In this document: in pieces, positions 28,360 through 38,556 of the stretch
How positions within the stretch are numbered: the stretch's first letter is position 1
Layout of the letters: each line of letters opens with the position of its first letter
Notes under the pieces: model-generated
What the model was told of the DNA's origin: nothing
Database searches by the model: none
The model's input: only the letters and a program-made list of their open reading frames with translations
Virus record (IMG/VR): IMGVR_UViG_3300047091_000002
Coordinates: 1-64,000 of that record
Reading direction: 5' to 3' (one strand)
DNA: 64,000 nucleotides
DNA from: a virus
Position numbers and translations under genes: made by a program

Positions 28360-28509
28360 ATGAATACTGTAGAATACCTTCTTTCTTGTTTAGCAGAAGA
28401 ATGCGTAGAAGTAGCGCAAAGATGTGAAAAGCTAAGAGGAGTGCCTCCGCTTGATGCACTAACCAACCCATCAAGATATAGACATCAAAAACATGATCAG
28501 CTTATATAG
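28360..28509 (+). pseudogene. Truncated MazG-like NTP pyrophosphatase
   Basis: LLSCLAEECVEVAQRCEK first acidic helix, then sequence diverges and stops at 49 aa. Confidence 0.45.
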
Positions 28510-29314
28510 AACTTTTTGCGGATATTTGTGCGGAAATTCAGGAGATCTTTCGACAGAAATACTTATTGAAAAACTGTTTGGGTTGCGTGTTCACGCGCAC
28601 GAAGATCCTCTACAATTTTCCTCTACACACATAATTGGGGCAGGTTCAGTTGCCGAAAAAATTCCGTATGGATACACTGGCTTTATTTGGGGTTCCGGTG
28701 TAATGTTCGAGAATTCTCGACCCGATACTCCAGAGGCTACTGTAATTGCCGTTAGAGGACATTTAACCAAAAGAAGGTGGTTGGGGCATCAGGCAGATAA
28801 TGCAATGGTTGGAGATATAGGGTTACTCGTAGATCGTATATTTGATAAATCTAATATTACTAAGAGATACGTAGTAGGGCTATTACCTCATTACATTGAT
28901 AGAGAAAATATGGAGGTCAGGGAATTCTTAAGAAAAAATCCAGAAACTACCAGTATTGATATATGCGGACGGTTAGATGACGTATTAAGGGCTATATGTG
29001 AATGTGAATTTATAATGTCTAGTTCCTTGCACGGATTGATATTCGCAGATGCTTTAAATACCCCTAATCATTGGATGTATCTTTCAGATCGAATCAGCGG
29101 TGGCTCATTTAAATATAAAGATTATTATTCAATTTTTAATGACTATGATCCTCTACCTTGTCTATTTAATTCTGGAATGTCAATTACAGATTTACAATGG
29201 TATGTAAGAAACTATCAGCAAGAAAGACCAAGGATAGATAAAATTAAATATGATTTGGAAAAATCCTTTCCCAGAGAACAATTATTAGAGATGATAAATG
29301 AAGACAATGATTGA
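28493..29314 (+). CDS. Polysaccharide pyruvyltransferase family protein
   Basis: NSGD, GAGSV, WGSG, AVRGHLT, GDIGLL, SSSLHGLIFADAL. Confidence 0.88.
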   Translation: MISLYRTFCGYLCGNSGDLSTEILIEKLFGLRVHAHEDPLQFSSTHIIGAGSVAEKIPYGYTGFIWGSGVMFENSRPDTPEATVIAVRGHLTKRRWLGHQADNAMVGDIGLLVDRIFDKSNITKRYVVGLLPHYIDRENMEVREFLRKNPETTSIDICGRLDDVLRAICECEFIMSSSLHGLIFADALNTPNHWMYLSDRISGGSFKYKDYYSIFNDYDPLPCLFNSGMSITDLQWYVRNYQQERPRIDKIKYDLEKSFPREQLLEMINEDND

Positions 29315-30038
29315 TATTAGTAATTCAACAATCGAGCAACTAGGGCGGTATTTATCTAGAAAGATACGAAGAACAAAAAACAAGAAGTTAGGTCCGGGTG
29401 TATTGGCTTTTAGCCTCCCGCACGGCAGAAAAGCATCTTGTCCTTTTGCTACTGATATATGCGAATCAATTTGTTATGTAGATAATTATTCTTTTCGCTC
29501 TCCTTTAATACCAGCAAGTTATGACGAGAATTTTCAAATAGCAAAACGTAAAGACTTTGGAGAAATACTAAAACTTGCACTTTCTTATTTACCACCCTGT
29601 ATATTAAGAATACATGTATCAGGAGATTTCTTTTCCGTTGAATACATAGTAGCTTGGGCAGAAGCATTAGAGGCAAATCAACATATCAAACCTTTTGGCT
29701 TTACTCGTTCTTGGAGAGATCCGGGAATGAGAAAAACTTTTGAACGATATAATATGAATCGTTATATACTTGCCTCAACTGACTCTGAAACAGGTCCGGC
29801 TCCTAGCAACTGGAGGGCTGCTGTAATGAATCTTGATGTAAAATTAAATCAGTTGAGTAAAGGAATTCAAACTATGCCCAAATTTCTTTGTAATGAGCAA
29901 AATTTCAAGTTACAAAATACTTGTGCTGACTGCGGCAGATGTGGCTTGGTTAAGCAATCAATTAAAAATGGTAATAAACAATTTATACAACTTAGACCAA
30001 ACGCAATAAAATATGGAGTTGTATTTGCCGCACATTGA
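29298..30038 (+). CDS. Gp88-like protein (Cys cluster, radical-SAM-related)
   Basis: FSLP...CPFATDICESICY, RIHVSGDFF, FTRSW, CADCGRC. Confidence 0.8.
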   Translation: MKTMIDISNSTIEQLGRYLSRKIRRTKNKKLGPGVLAFSLPHGRKASCPFATDICESICYVDNYSFRSPLIPASYDENFQIAKRKDFGEILKLALSYLPPCILRIHVSGDFFSVEYIVAWAEALEANQHIKPFGFTRSWRDPGMRKTFERYNMNRYILASTDSETGPAPSNWRAAVMNLDVKLNQLSKGIQTMPKFLCNEQNFKLQNTCADCGRCGLVKQSIKNGNKQFIQLRPNAIKYGVVFAAH

Positions 30039-30270
30039 GCTATTTAAGGTTAATCTATGAAATCTAATAACTTACAGCGAGTAACTAGGGCTGACGCTCC
30101 TATAAAAATAGGAGAAGTTGCAGTTGTTTACTATAAATTTAATGGACTAGAAATAGATTGGGACTGTAAAATTCCGTGTGTTTGCGATGGATTCACATAC
30201 CATCATATTCACCGCGACGGGTCTACTAAATTACTACCCGAATTTATTAAATTCGGTGGACTTTATTAGC

Positions 30271-30825
30271 ATGTTGGAATTGATCAAAACTAAAAGAACT
30301 GATGAACGATTACTTTTGAGGATGAAAAATCACTATTCCCATCCTAAAGGATTTGTGGGGCGAAATATTTGTTACGCAATAACCTATAATTCACTGTACT
30401 ACGGGCATATTGTTGGCGGATCAGCTACAAAGTTTTTAAAAGGCAGGCATGAGTTTTTAGGTACATCAAAAAATCAGTTAAACAACATTGTTAATAATAT
30501 ATTCTATAATGTAACAAAGGTGGATGGAAGTTATCCTCTTTATAACTTCACTACGCATGTGCTAAAATACTTTATAGAGAGAATATCATATGATTGGGAA
30601 GAAAAATACGGAGATGACGTACTGGGTTTTGAAACATTAATTGAAAAACCTCGTACTGGAGAGTTATATATTAAAGCTGGCTGGACAAAAGTGGGAGAAA
30701 CAATAGGCTATACTTGCAAACGAGTAGGCGGTCACGGAACTGATTCTTGGACTGGTAAAAGAATTTGGGAGACAAGATTAGAATATCTACGACCAAAGAA
30801 TATCTTATGTTTTAGAAGGATTTAA
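30271..30825 (+). CDS. DUF4338/DruA-like (Mom-related GNAT fold) protein
   Basis: NNIFY...DWEEKYGDDVLGFETLIE..RTGELYIKAGWTKVGETIG; start at ATG 30271. Confidence 0.68.
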   Translation: MLELIKTKRTDERLLLRMKNHYSHPKGFVGRNICYAITYNSLYYGHIVGGSATKFLKGRHEFLGTSKNQLNNIVNNIFYNVTKVDGSYPLYNFTTHVLKYFIERISYDWEEKYGDDVLGFETLIEKPRTGELYIKAGWTKVGETIGYTCKRVGGHGTDSWTGKRIWETRLEYLRPKNILCFRRI

Positions 30826-30827
30826 TT

Positions 30828-31103
30828 ATGAAAGATATATGGGAGTATAAACGTAAATTTAATTCTGATGGGACTGAAAAGCATGTAGTTAAAGAGGGTG
30901 CAAGATACCATGTTATAGCTTATGATACATTAGGACGTATATGCTCTGAATCTAATTGCGAAATAAATAAAGAACGAAAGAAAGTCGAAAATAAAATCAT
31001 ACCAAGAATGGTTGGCGGCGGGGAAATTTCGTGGGATTGTAGTAGACCTAACTGCAAAATAGACCACATAACTAAAAATAATGCCGTAAAGTGTAGAAAT
31101 TAG
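30828..31103 (+). CDS. Hypothetical protein
   Basis: ORF in operon-like run. Confidence 0.5.
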   Translation: MKDIWEYKRKFNSDGTEKHVVKEGARYHVIAYDTLGRICSESNCEINKERKKVENKIIPRMVGGGEISWDCSRPNCKIDHITKNNAVKCRN

Positions 31104-31284
31104 ATGAATTGGATAGAAGCATATAATAGAGGACCTATTCCTTGTACTGGAAGGCATTGTGACATTTGCGGTAAGGGTGCAAGTGATATTTTTGACCACG
31201 TTTTCTGTTTAAATTACCTGGAGCGATTGGCAATATACTGGGAAAAATTTGAAAAAGATCCAACACAAAGGACTGCCATTATAA

Positions 31285-32211
31285 ATGAATAAAATACCTG
31301 TACTATGGCTTTATTCAAGAGGATTTGGTGATCAAGGACTGCTGATGCATCTTTTTCGAGGAGATCTTTGGAATACCCCTATAGAATTTGACGAATATAT
31401 AGTTACTCCAGATTCTCAATTGGGGGATTATATTAAATCTGAAGGTGCAATTTTAATTATTCCGGGTGGTTATGCTGCAAGTAAGGGTCAGGAATCTACA
31501 GATTTTGTGAAATCCTTACTACAACGGTATTTCTGGACGATTATTATCCATACTTCAGATGAAGAGATGGCTTTTAATAGCGAACAATTTCGTTCTGGAA
31601 ACGTAAAAACCTGGATGCAAATGTATAATCCTACTAAACATCAAGACTGTGATAGAAAAATTCTCTATTCTTGGTGGGATAATACACTAGAAACTCTAAA
31701 GAATATTCCTAGAAAACCTCTTAATGAAAGAAAACTCTGGGGGTTTGCTGGTCAAGTTACCCATAAAACTCGCAGAGAATTAGTTCAAGAATTAAGTATA
31801 AGACCAAAGGGAGAGGGAATTCTTTATTCCACAGAAGGCTTTGCTCAAGGATTACCGCAAGAAGAGTATCTTAAATTATTAACAGACGTGGCAATAGCAC
31901 CCTGCCCTTCGGGGCCATTGCACCCAGAGAGTTTCAGATGTTTTGAGGCACTGGAAACGGGTTGCCTACCCGTAGTTCAGAAAAGAGCAGAGCAATGGAA
32001 TTCGGAGTATAATTATTGGCGTTACCTAAATATTGATTCTATTATAATTCCTCAAGTAGATTCGTGGGATGAAGTTCACGATATATTGGATTTTTATAAA
32101 AATAATCCCGTAAAATTGCAACAAGCTGCAAATTTAGCAGGTTCTTGGTGGCTCAACTATAAAAGAAATCTCGTAAATAATTTGATATGCGACATAAATC
32201 AACTAAAGTAA
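31285..32211 (+). CDS. Exostosin-like (GT47) glycosyltransferase
   Basis: WGFAGQ..R.EL, Y..LL....APCPSG..ESFRCFEALETGCLPVV. Confidence 0.78.
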   Translation: MNKIPVLWLYSRGFGDQGLLMHLFRGDLWNTPIEFDEYIVTPDSQLGDYIKSEGAILIIPGGYAASKGQESTDFVKSLLQRYFWTIIIHTSDEEMAFNSEQFRSGNVKTWMQMYNPTKHQDCDRKILYSWWDNTLETLKNIPRKPLNERKLWGFAGQVTHKTRRELVQELSIRPKGEGILYSTEGFAQGLPQEEYLKLLTDVAIAPCPSGPLHPESFRCFEALETGCLPVVQKRAEQWNSEYNYWRYLNIDSIIIPQVDSWDEVHDILDFYKNNPVKLQQAANLAGSWWLNYKRNLVNNLICDINQLK

Positions 32212-32954
32212 ATAAAAACATTATATACTTACTCAGAAATAATCTAAATGGCAAATTATACATTGGGCAAACTGTTCAAGGATTTTCTGAAAGATGGTCA
32301 AAACATAAAAACGCTGCTTTTGGTTCTAGGGGTAGGTCTCTAATACACAAAGCAATTAGGAAGTATGGAAGTGAAAATTTCTCCTCAAGAGAACTTGCTA
32401 CCGTAGTATCTACTAATCCTTGTGAGTGGTTGAATATTTTAGAGGTATTTTTTATAAAATATTTTAACAGCGTCCATCCTAATGGATATAACCTACCCTA
32501 TGGTGGTAAAAATGAACAGAGAAGTCAAAAAACTAAACAAGCTCTCAGTAAGTCTTTACGTGGAAATACTAATCGAGTAGGAAAGCATCATTCTGAAGAA
32601 TCAAAAGAGAAGATAAGAATCTCCAATACTGGGAAAAGGCGGTCTTTACAGGCTCGATTAAATATAAGCAAGGCTCATATCGGATTACCGAGTAACTGGA
32701 AGGGCAGAAAACACTCGGAAGAAACTCGTTTAAAAATGAGTAGAGACAGAAAAGGTAAACGGATTGGAGAAAAACGAAAACCGCATACAGCAGAAACAAA
32801 AGCCCTGTTAAGAAGCTTAAATCTTGGTAGAGTCCCACCTAATAAAGGTGTTCCCATGTCACCGGAACAGAGATTAAAGGTAAGCATTGCAAAGAAGAAA
32901 TATTTTGCTGAGAAACGACTGCGGGAGCAACTAGATGCAAATTCAAAATCCTAA
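32187..32954 (+). CDS. GIY-YIG homing endonuclease with NUMOD3 repeats
   Basis: IIYLLRN..NGKLYIGQT, ER...H, E..FIK, GYN; repeated HSEE(S/T)K..(I/M)S motifs. Confidence 0.92.
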   Translation: MRHKSTKVNKNIIYLLRNNLNGKLYIGQTVQGFSERWSKHKNAAFGSRGRSLIHKAIRKYGSENFSSRELATVVSTNPCEWLNILEVFFIKYFNSVHPNGYNLPYGGKNEQRSQKTKQALSKSLRGNTNRVGKHHSEESKEKIRISNTGKRRSLQARLNISKAHIGLPSNWKGRKHSEETRLKMSRDRKGKRIGEKRKPHTAETKALLRSLNLGRVPPNKGVPMSPEQRLKVSIAKKKYFAEKRLREQLDANSKS

Positions 32955-33717
32955 GTTATCAATCATTATGCCCTGTTCGCCAATCATCAGCCACCCTAGT
33001 ACAGAGATAATAGAAGAATCTATACGACGTATTAGAGCCTATCCTGAATTAAAAGATGTAGAGATTTTAATATGTTGTGATGGAATCCGAGCAGAGCAGG
33101 AACATTATAGAGAAAATTACGAAGAATATAAACGCCGATTAATTGATCTATGTAAATTCGATTCTGATTTTAAGGGCTGTTTACCTATTATCTTTCAAGA
33201 ACATTATCACCAGGTAAAGATGCTTACAGAGGCTTTAAAGATGGTAAAAACTCCTCTTATATTCTTTGTAGAGGCAGATACTTTCCCTATAAGAGAGATA
33301 GATTTCTCAAGTATTATTAACTCATTTGAAGACCCTAGAGTTAATTATATTAGATTAAGTATCTTCGACCATATTCTAGGTGAACACTCACATTTATATT
33401 TTGGAGAATTGGAAAGTATCCAGGGATGTCCTTTACTAAAGACCTCTCAATTTTCGGCTCGTCCTAATATAGCAAGAAAAGAATGGTACGAGAAACTTAT
33501 AGAAGAATACTTTGATGGTGATTGTATCTGTTTTGTAGAAGATATAATAGACCCCCAAGCTCAAATCTCTATTAGAGACAGTACAAAACCATTTGATTAT
33601 TGGGGAATGTATCTATATCATCCAGATACAAAAGATATTACCCGTTCTGCGACTAATAACGGAAGAGGATCAGAGTCGAAGTATTTCCAAAGATTTCCAA
33701 ATAAGGTTGACAAATAA
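32935..33717 (+). CDS. GT-A-fold glycosyltransferase-like protein
   Basis: IIMPCSP, ILICCDG, FFVEAD (DxD-like). Confidence 0.65.
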   Translation: MQIQNPKLSIIMPCSPIISHPSTEIIEESIRRIRAYPELKDVEILICCDGIRAEQEHYRENYEEYKRRLIDLCKFDSDFKGCLPIIFQEHYHQVKMLTEALKMVKTPLIFFVEADTFPIREIDFSSIINSFEDPRVNYIRLSIFDHILGEHSHLYFGELESIQGCPLLKTSQFSARPNIARKEWYEKLIEEYFDGDCICFVEDIIDPQAQISIRDSTKPFDYWGMYLYHPDTKDITRSATNNGRGSESKYFQRFPNKVDK

Positions 33718-33735
33718 AGAAAATTCTGATACAGT
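33707..33735 (+). promoter_or_regulatory. Sigma70-type promoter
   Basis: TTGACA-N17-TACAGT upstream of ORF 33745. Confidence 0.55.
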
Positions 33736-33744
33736 GATAGTACC

Positions 33745-35184
33745 ATGCAAAATATAGATACAGTTTATATAATATTTCGAGAAAGTTATATGGGGTATCC
33801 TGCTGCTATCCATTCAATATGGCTTTCTAGAGAAGACGCTGATAAAGAATTTGAAAAAATAAAGACATCTGCATATTCTGATGCAGATTATAACTGTTAT
33901 TACAGAGATATAATCCCTATAGGAGAACCTAAAGAGTGGTGGAATGTATAAGATTAATGCAACGCAAGCACCTATACTTTAGAATTTAAAAGCCTTTATG
34001 AAAATAGAAACACAAAAAGATTTAGCTGATTTAATAGAATCTGGAACAATGGGTAGATTTGGAAAAATATGCCAAGTTGATCCACGGATAATGGAAAAAC
34101 TCTTTAAATCTGAACAAGAAATTCAAGATTTCTGTAAGCAATACGGATATAGAGCTAATAATGGTAGGTTAGGTCTTCCACTATCACGGGAGTTCTTTTT
34201 TAGAGATTTCTGTAGAGATTGGTATAAAGATGGTAATATTGAGAGATCCTGGCAAATAAGAGAAGAATGGGAGCAAAATAAACATATGTCCAATACGTGG
34301 AAAAATGAGTAGGCATGATTAAAAATATAAAATCATTATGGAAACAACTACGCTGTCCGCACACTAGAACAATTAAATATTATCCCGTAAATGATAGCGT
34401 AGATTGGCGTTCTTTTGGAAAATCAATGGGTAAAATTCGCGGCGTACTGTTTGAAGGATGTTTAAATTGCTATAAAGTATCTGTAAGAAATTATATGGAG
34501 TAACATGAATAACAGATTTTTAACAATGGCTAAACAATTAGCAAAATCAGAAATGCCTTTATGCGGATGCGATCATCAATTAGGTTGTCTTCTATGTGAT
34601 TTTGATTTTAATTATGGTGAAATTAGTGGTTACTACAAAAATGATATATTGTACAATAGCATAGATTCAATGGCAGGGGTAGTAGAAAATCATAACGAAG
34701 ATTGTCCTTGGAGATTAGCTAAAGAACTGCAAAAAGAAGAATTAATTTAATTATGAAACCAACAAAAAATACAATAGCATATAATGGATTAGGGTTTCTC
34801 GGATTAATTACCAAAGATGAACAACAAGAAGTAGAATTTCCAGATGGTACTAAGGCTCTAGCTTGGGTAGGTATACATCTTACTGATACTAAAGACCATT
34901 TTCCAGGAGATTTTTGGTACAGTAGAGGTCCAGAAATTGTAGGATTTTTACCTGAACCGGAAAGGTATAAGTTTGAGAGCGACGGTGATGGGCATCGATA
35001 TTTAATTCCGATTGAAAAATCCGAAGAATTTGATAGATGGACAGATCATGAATCACGCCTCTGGTATCCTGGAATATCCGATGAAGACTTTGAAAAAGAA
35101 AAAGAATCGTATAACGGAGAAGATTTTAATAATTTTGTTATAGATAGCGTAAATGATTATACATTTGAAAATCCAAAGAAATAG
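33745..35184 (+). other. Run of five small hypothetical ORFs (33745, 33998, 34315, 34505, 34753)
   Basis: Co-oriented, tightly packed ORFs of 62-143 aa downstream of a promoter; no recognisable family. Confidence 0.55.
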
Positions 35185-35373
35185 AAATGATAGAAGATAA
35201 AGATAATTTATTTTATAAATGTCCTTCTTGCGACGACGTATATGGCAGTTGGCTCGAAGGTAGAAACTGCTGTGATGTCATTTTAGTATATCAATGTAGA
35301 AACTGCGAAATGCTGTACGAAGATTCAGATAAAGCAGAAGAATGTTGTCAAGATAAATAATAAAAGGAAAATA

Positions 35374-35571
35374 ATGCCACACGATAAAAATGGAAATAGT
35401 TTAGAAGTTGGAGATCACATAATAATAGAGGGAATAATTTCTCAAGTTTTTACCGGGGAGGAATATTGCAATATTAATGTAGAAACACTTGAGCCGATGT
35501 TTCCCGGAACTAATAAATCATTGTTAACACTCAATGCAAAACAAGTTAAACGGGTTGTCAACGGCGCTTAG
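35374..35571 (+). CDS. Hypothetical protein
   Basis: AAGGA RBS; DKNG..LEVGD pattern. Confidence 0.6.
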   Translation: MPHDKNGNSLEVGDHIIIEGIISQVFTGEEYCNINVETLEPMFPGTNKSLLTLNAKQVKRVVNGA

Positions 35572-35584
35572 ATAAAATTAATAA

Positions 35585-36499
35585 ATGCTCATTACTATAA
35601 TAAGTAATTTACAATCGAATAAAGGCTTGTCAGTTGATTGTAGACTTGTCAGAGGGCTTCTAGAAGAATGGGGACATACTATAACAGAATGGGATTTTAG
35701 ATCTACTCAATTACCACTTACAGCAGATCTTAACATATTTCTGGAAGTAGTGGTTCCCTTCTTCTTTTCTTCTGCTCAAAGAAACTGGCTATTTGTAAAT
35801 CCTGAATGGGTAGTAGAAGATTATATTCCTCATTTGCCTAGACTAGATAAAATACTTTGTAAAACCAGATACGCGGAACGACTTCTATCTCCTAAATATC
35901 CAGAACAAGTATTTTACACTGGCTTTATAGCGGAAGACCACTTAGATTCGGAGATATATAAGTCACGGATATTCTTTCATAATGCCGGAGATTCTATTAT
36001 TCGTGGAACCGATGAATTAATACAGGCGTGGGAAAAATATAAATTTTCTTACCCTTTAATTATTGCCTCGCAGAATCATCACGGACCCAGTACAAATCCA
36101 AATATTAAATTTGTAGGAAGATTAGAAAGACAAGAATTGCTGGATAAACAAAATAGCTGTTTATTCCACGTTTTAATGTCAGAAAGTGAGGGATTTGGAC
36201 ACTCGCTGCACGAGGGTCTAGGATGTTCTGCAATTGTAATTACTACGAATGCCGCTCCAATGGCCGAATTCTGGGGATGCCCTAAAGAATTAATGGCTGA
36301 ACCAGTTTCCTCTTATAAACTTAGGATGGCAGATGCTTATAAAGTTTCTGCTGATAACATAGCAATTGCAGTAGAAAGAACTTGGTATCTAAATTCTGAT
36401 TTTATCAAACTGTATCAGCAGCAGGCTAGAGAATACTTTCTTCAAACTAACGGCACATTTAAGGAAAACTTCAAGAGATTAATTGACGAGATATGCTAG
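35585..36499 (+). CDS. Glycosyltransferase, GT4-like (GT-B)
   Basis: SESEGFGHSLHEGLGCSAIVITTN is the GT4 E-x7-E motif region. Confidence 0.85.
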   Translation: MLITIISNLQSNKGLSVDCRLVRGLLEEWGHTITEWDFRSTQLPLTADLNIFLEVVVPFFFSSAQRNWLFVNPEWVVEDYIPHLPRLDKILCKTRYAERLLSPKYPEQVFYTGFIAEDHLDSEIYKSRIFFHNAGDSIIRGTDELIQAWEKYKFSYPLIIASQNHHGPSTNPNIKFVGRLERQELLDKQNSCLFHVLMSESEGFGHSLHEGLGCSAIVITTNAAPMAEFWGCPKELMAEPVSSYKLRMADAYKVSADNIAIAVERTWYLNSDFIKLYQQQAREYFLQTNGTFKENFKRLIDEIC

Positions 36500-36673
36500 A
36501 AGATAAAGAAACAGTTTCTACAATAGCGAAACGATATTTTTATCCTTGGGATCACAAGAAGAATGGAAATTTTCCTAAACAAGAAATACGAGATATTCAT
36601 GCATTAATAGATACTATTTTCATACAAGAAGAAATAATTAAGAGATTGCAGGAATTACTAGGAGATACAAATT

Positions 36674-37039
36674 ATGGGAGATAGGGCAAACGTAAAATTT
36701 ATAGAACAAGATGGAACTAGTTTATTTTTATATACGCATTGGCGCGGTAGTGATTTACCTGAAATAATACAATCGGCATTAAGTCACAAACAACGTTGGG
36801 ATGATGAACAATACTTAGCGCGTATAATATTTTGCGAAATGATAAAAGGCGATGAGTCTGGGCATTCCGGCTTTGGTATTTCCACATATTGTGGCGATGG
36901 AGATGATAAAATACTTGAAATAAACGTTTCTAACCAACAGGTTGGTATTAATGAAAATCTATATAGTTTCAATGATTATGTTAAATTAAAATTATCTGGA
37001 AATAGGGGATGGAGTGTTCTACGAGGTTGCAGAAAATGA
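36674..37039 (+). CDS. Conserved-looking phage hypothetical protein
   Basis: MGDRA...LYTHW.G...RWDDEQYLARIIF pattern. Confidence 0.65.
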   Translation: MGDRANVKFIEQDGTSLFLYTHWRGSDLPEIIQSALSHKQRWDDEQYLARIIFCEMIKGDESGHSGFGISTYCGDGDDKILEINVSNQQVGINENLYSFNDYVKLKLSGNRGWSVLRGCRK

Positions 37040-37800
37040 ACTTGATTGTAATTCCTTGTTTTCGTAGACCGGAATTCTTGGCAATATGTCTCGAAGAAAT
37101 AGCTAAAGCTGAGAACTCTAATCAATACTACTATTTATTTTGTGCTGATGAAGGCTATGATCCGACTATAAGAGATGTGCTTAAAAATTTTCCTCTCAAA
37201 TGGAAATTTAGCGAATTACGAGATAAAATTGATATTGGTAATAATCAAAACGTCTTGGAAGGACTTCGTTGGGGATTTCTATGCGCTTTAAATAGTGGGG
37301 CTTCTACAGTACATTTAATAGAAGAGGATGTGATTATCTCTAAAGACTATTTTACATTTCATGAAGAGGCTCAAAAAAGATTTGAGAATAATCTAGCTAT
37401 TTTTGCTATAATAGGCTCTACTTCGCAACAAGCAACAGATCTATACTTTGATCCTAAATATTCTGATAGTTCAAGGTATCAAGGAATAGGAGTATCCTTT
37501 AATCTAAAAAATCTTAATAAAGTTATTCGACATTGTAATAATTTCTATTATGAAGATCCTCAAAACTATTTAAGAGCTACATTTCCCAGCAGTAAATATC
37601 CTCTTAATCTATATACTCAAGATAGACTTATAGATAGAATAATTGAAAGAAATAATATGCATTGTATTTATCCTGGTTTATACCCCGCAGTAGCAAAGCA
37701 TTGCGGTTATTACGGAATGAACCATTCCGGTTGTGAATTACAGGGAACTTTAGAGCAGAAAATAAATCAATTTAGAAATTATGTTAACGGTAAATTATAA
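37036..37800 (+). CDS. GT-A-fold glycosyltransferase (GT13/MGAT1-like)
   Basis: VIPCFRRPEFL..CL, FCAD, LIEEDVIISKDYF; start at ATG 37036. Confidence 0.7.
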   Translation: MNLIVIPCFRRPEFLAICLEEIAKAENSNQYYYLFCADEGYDPTIRDVLKNFPLKWKFSELRDKIDIGNNQNVLEGLRWGFLCALNSGASTVHLIEEDVIISKDYFTFHEEAQKRFENNLAIFAIIGSTSQQATDLYFDPKYSDSSRYQGIGVSFNLKNLNKVIRHCNNFYYEDPQNYLRATFPSSKYPLNLYTQDRLIDRIIERNNMHCIYPGLYPAVAKHCGYYGMNHSGCELQGTLEQKINQFRNYVNGKL

Positions 37801-37964
37801 ATGGAATATCAAGGTATAAAAGAATCTCTAGACGCAATAAGAGTATTTCAACTTATCGGCTACTTGGCGCAAATGTTTGTAACGCTTATACTTTTCTGCG
37901 CAGTATTTTATGGTATTCGATGCGGTAGAGAAGCCATTATAAAGAAACTTGAGGATAGTAAATA

Positions 37965-38556
37965 ATGGAAGACATCTTATTTAAACTATTTATAGGACTA
38001 CAAAAATATATATTTGTATTTTTTATTATTGGATATATAACTATGGGAATAGGATTCTTTGTTTCCTTTAAACTAATGGCATCATATAGAGACGATATTA
38101 TGGAAAAGTTGGAACTACTTAAATCTTATGAACGATATTCTAGAAACTCAAATAATTAAACTTTGTGCTTTAAATAAGAAACATTTTGCTGCTCAAGATT
38201 TTCTTATATCTGAACCCATGATTTCAATTGCAAGTATTGATTCTGCAAAAATCATAGGAAATATAAACCGGAAATTCGTGAATTTATGCAGTCTGCAAGA
38301 TTGGGGAGCAATTTCTGATTTGCCAGAAATAACCTTAGACATGGCTACTAGAGCAGCAAATGTTAAAATAAATTTTTCCAGAATAGAGCCATTGAGTATA
38401 CCTTTATCTCCATTTGATTCTGCTGGCTCTTATATTAATGCTATATCTTATAACTGCTTATTATACAAAACCGATTCAAGTAATATAACACTTAGAAAAA
38501 TATTAAATCTATACCGTTCCTTTATTAATTACGTCTACGTATATTACAAATTATAA
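37965..38556 (+). other. Two terminal hypothetical ORFs of the plus block (37965 membrane protein; 38128)
   Basis: ORF track; last stop abuts the convergent block. Confidence 0.5.
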
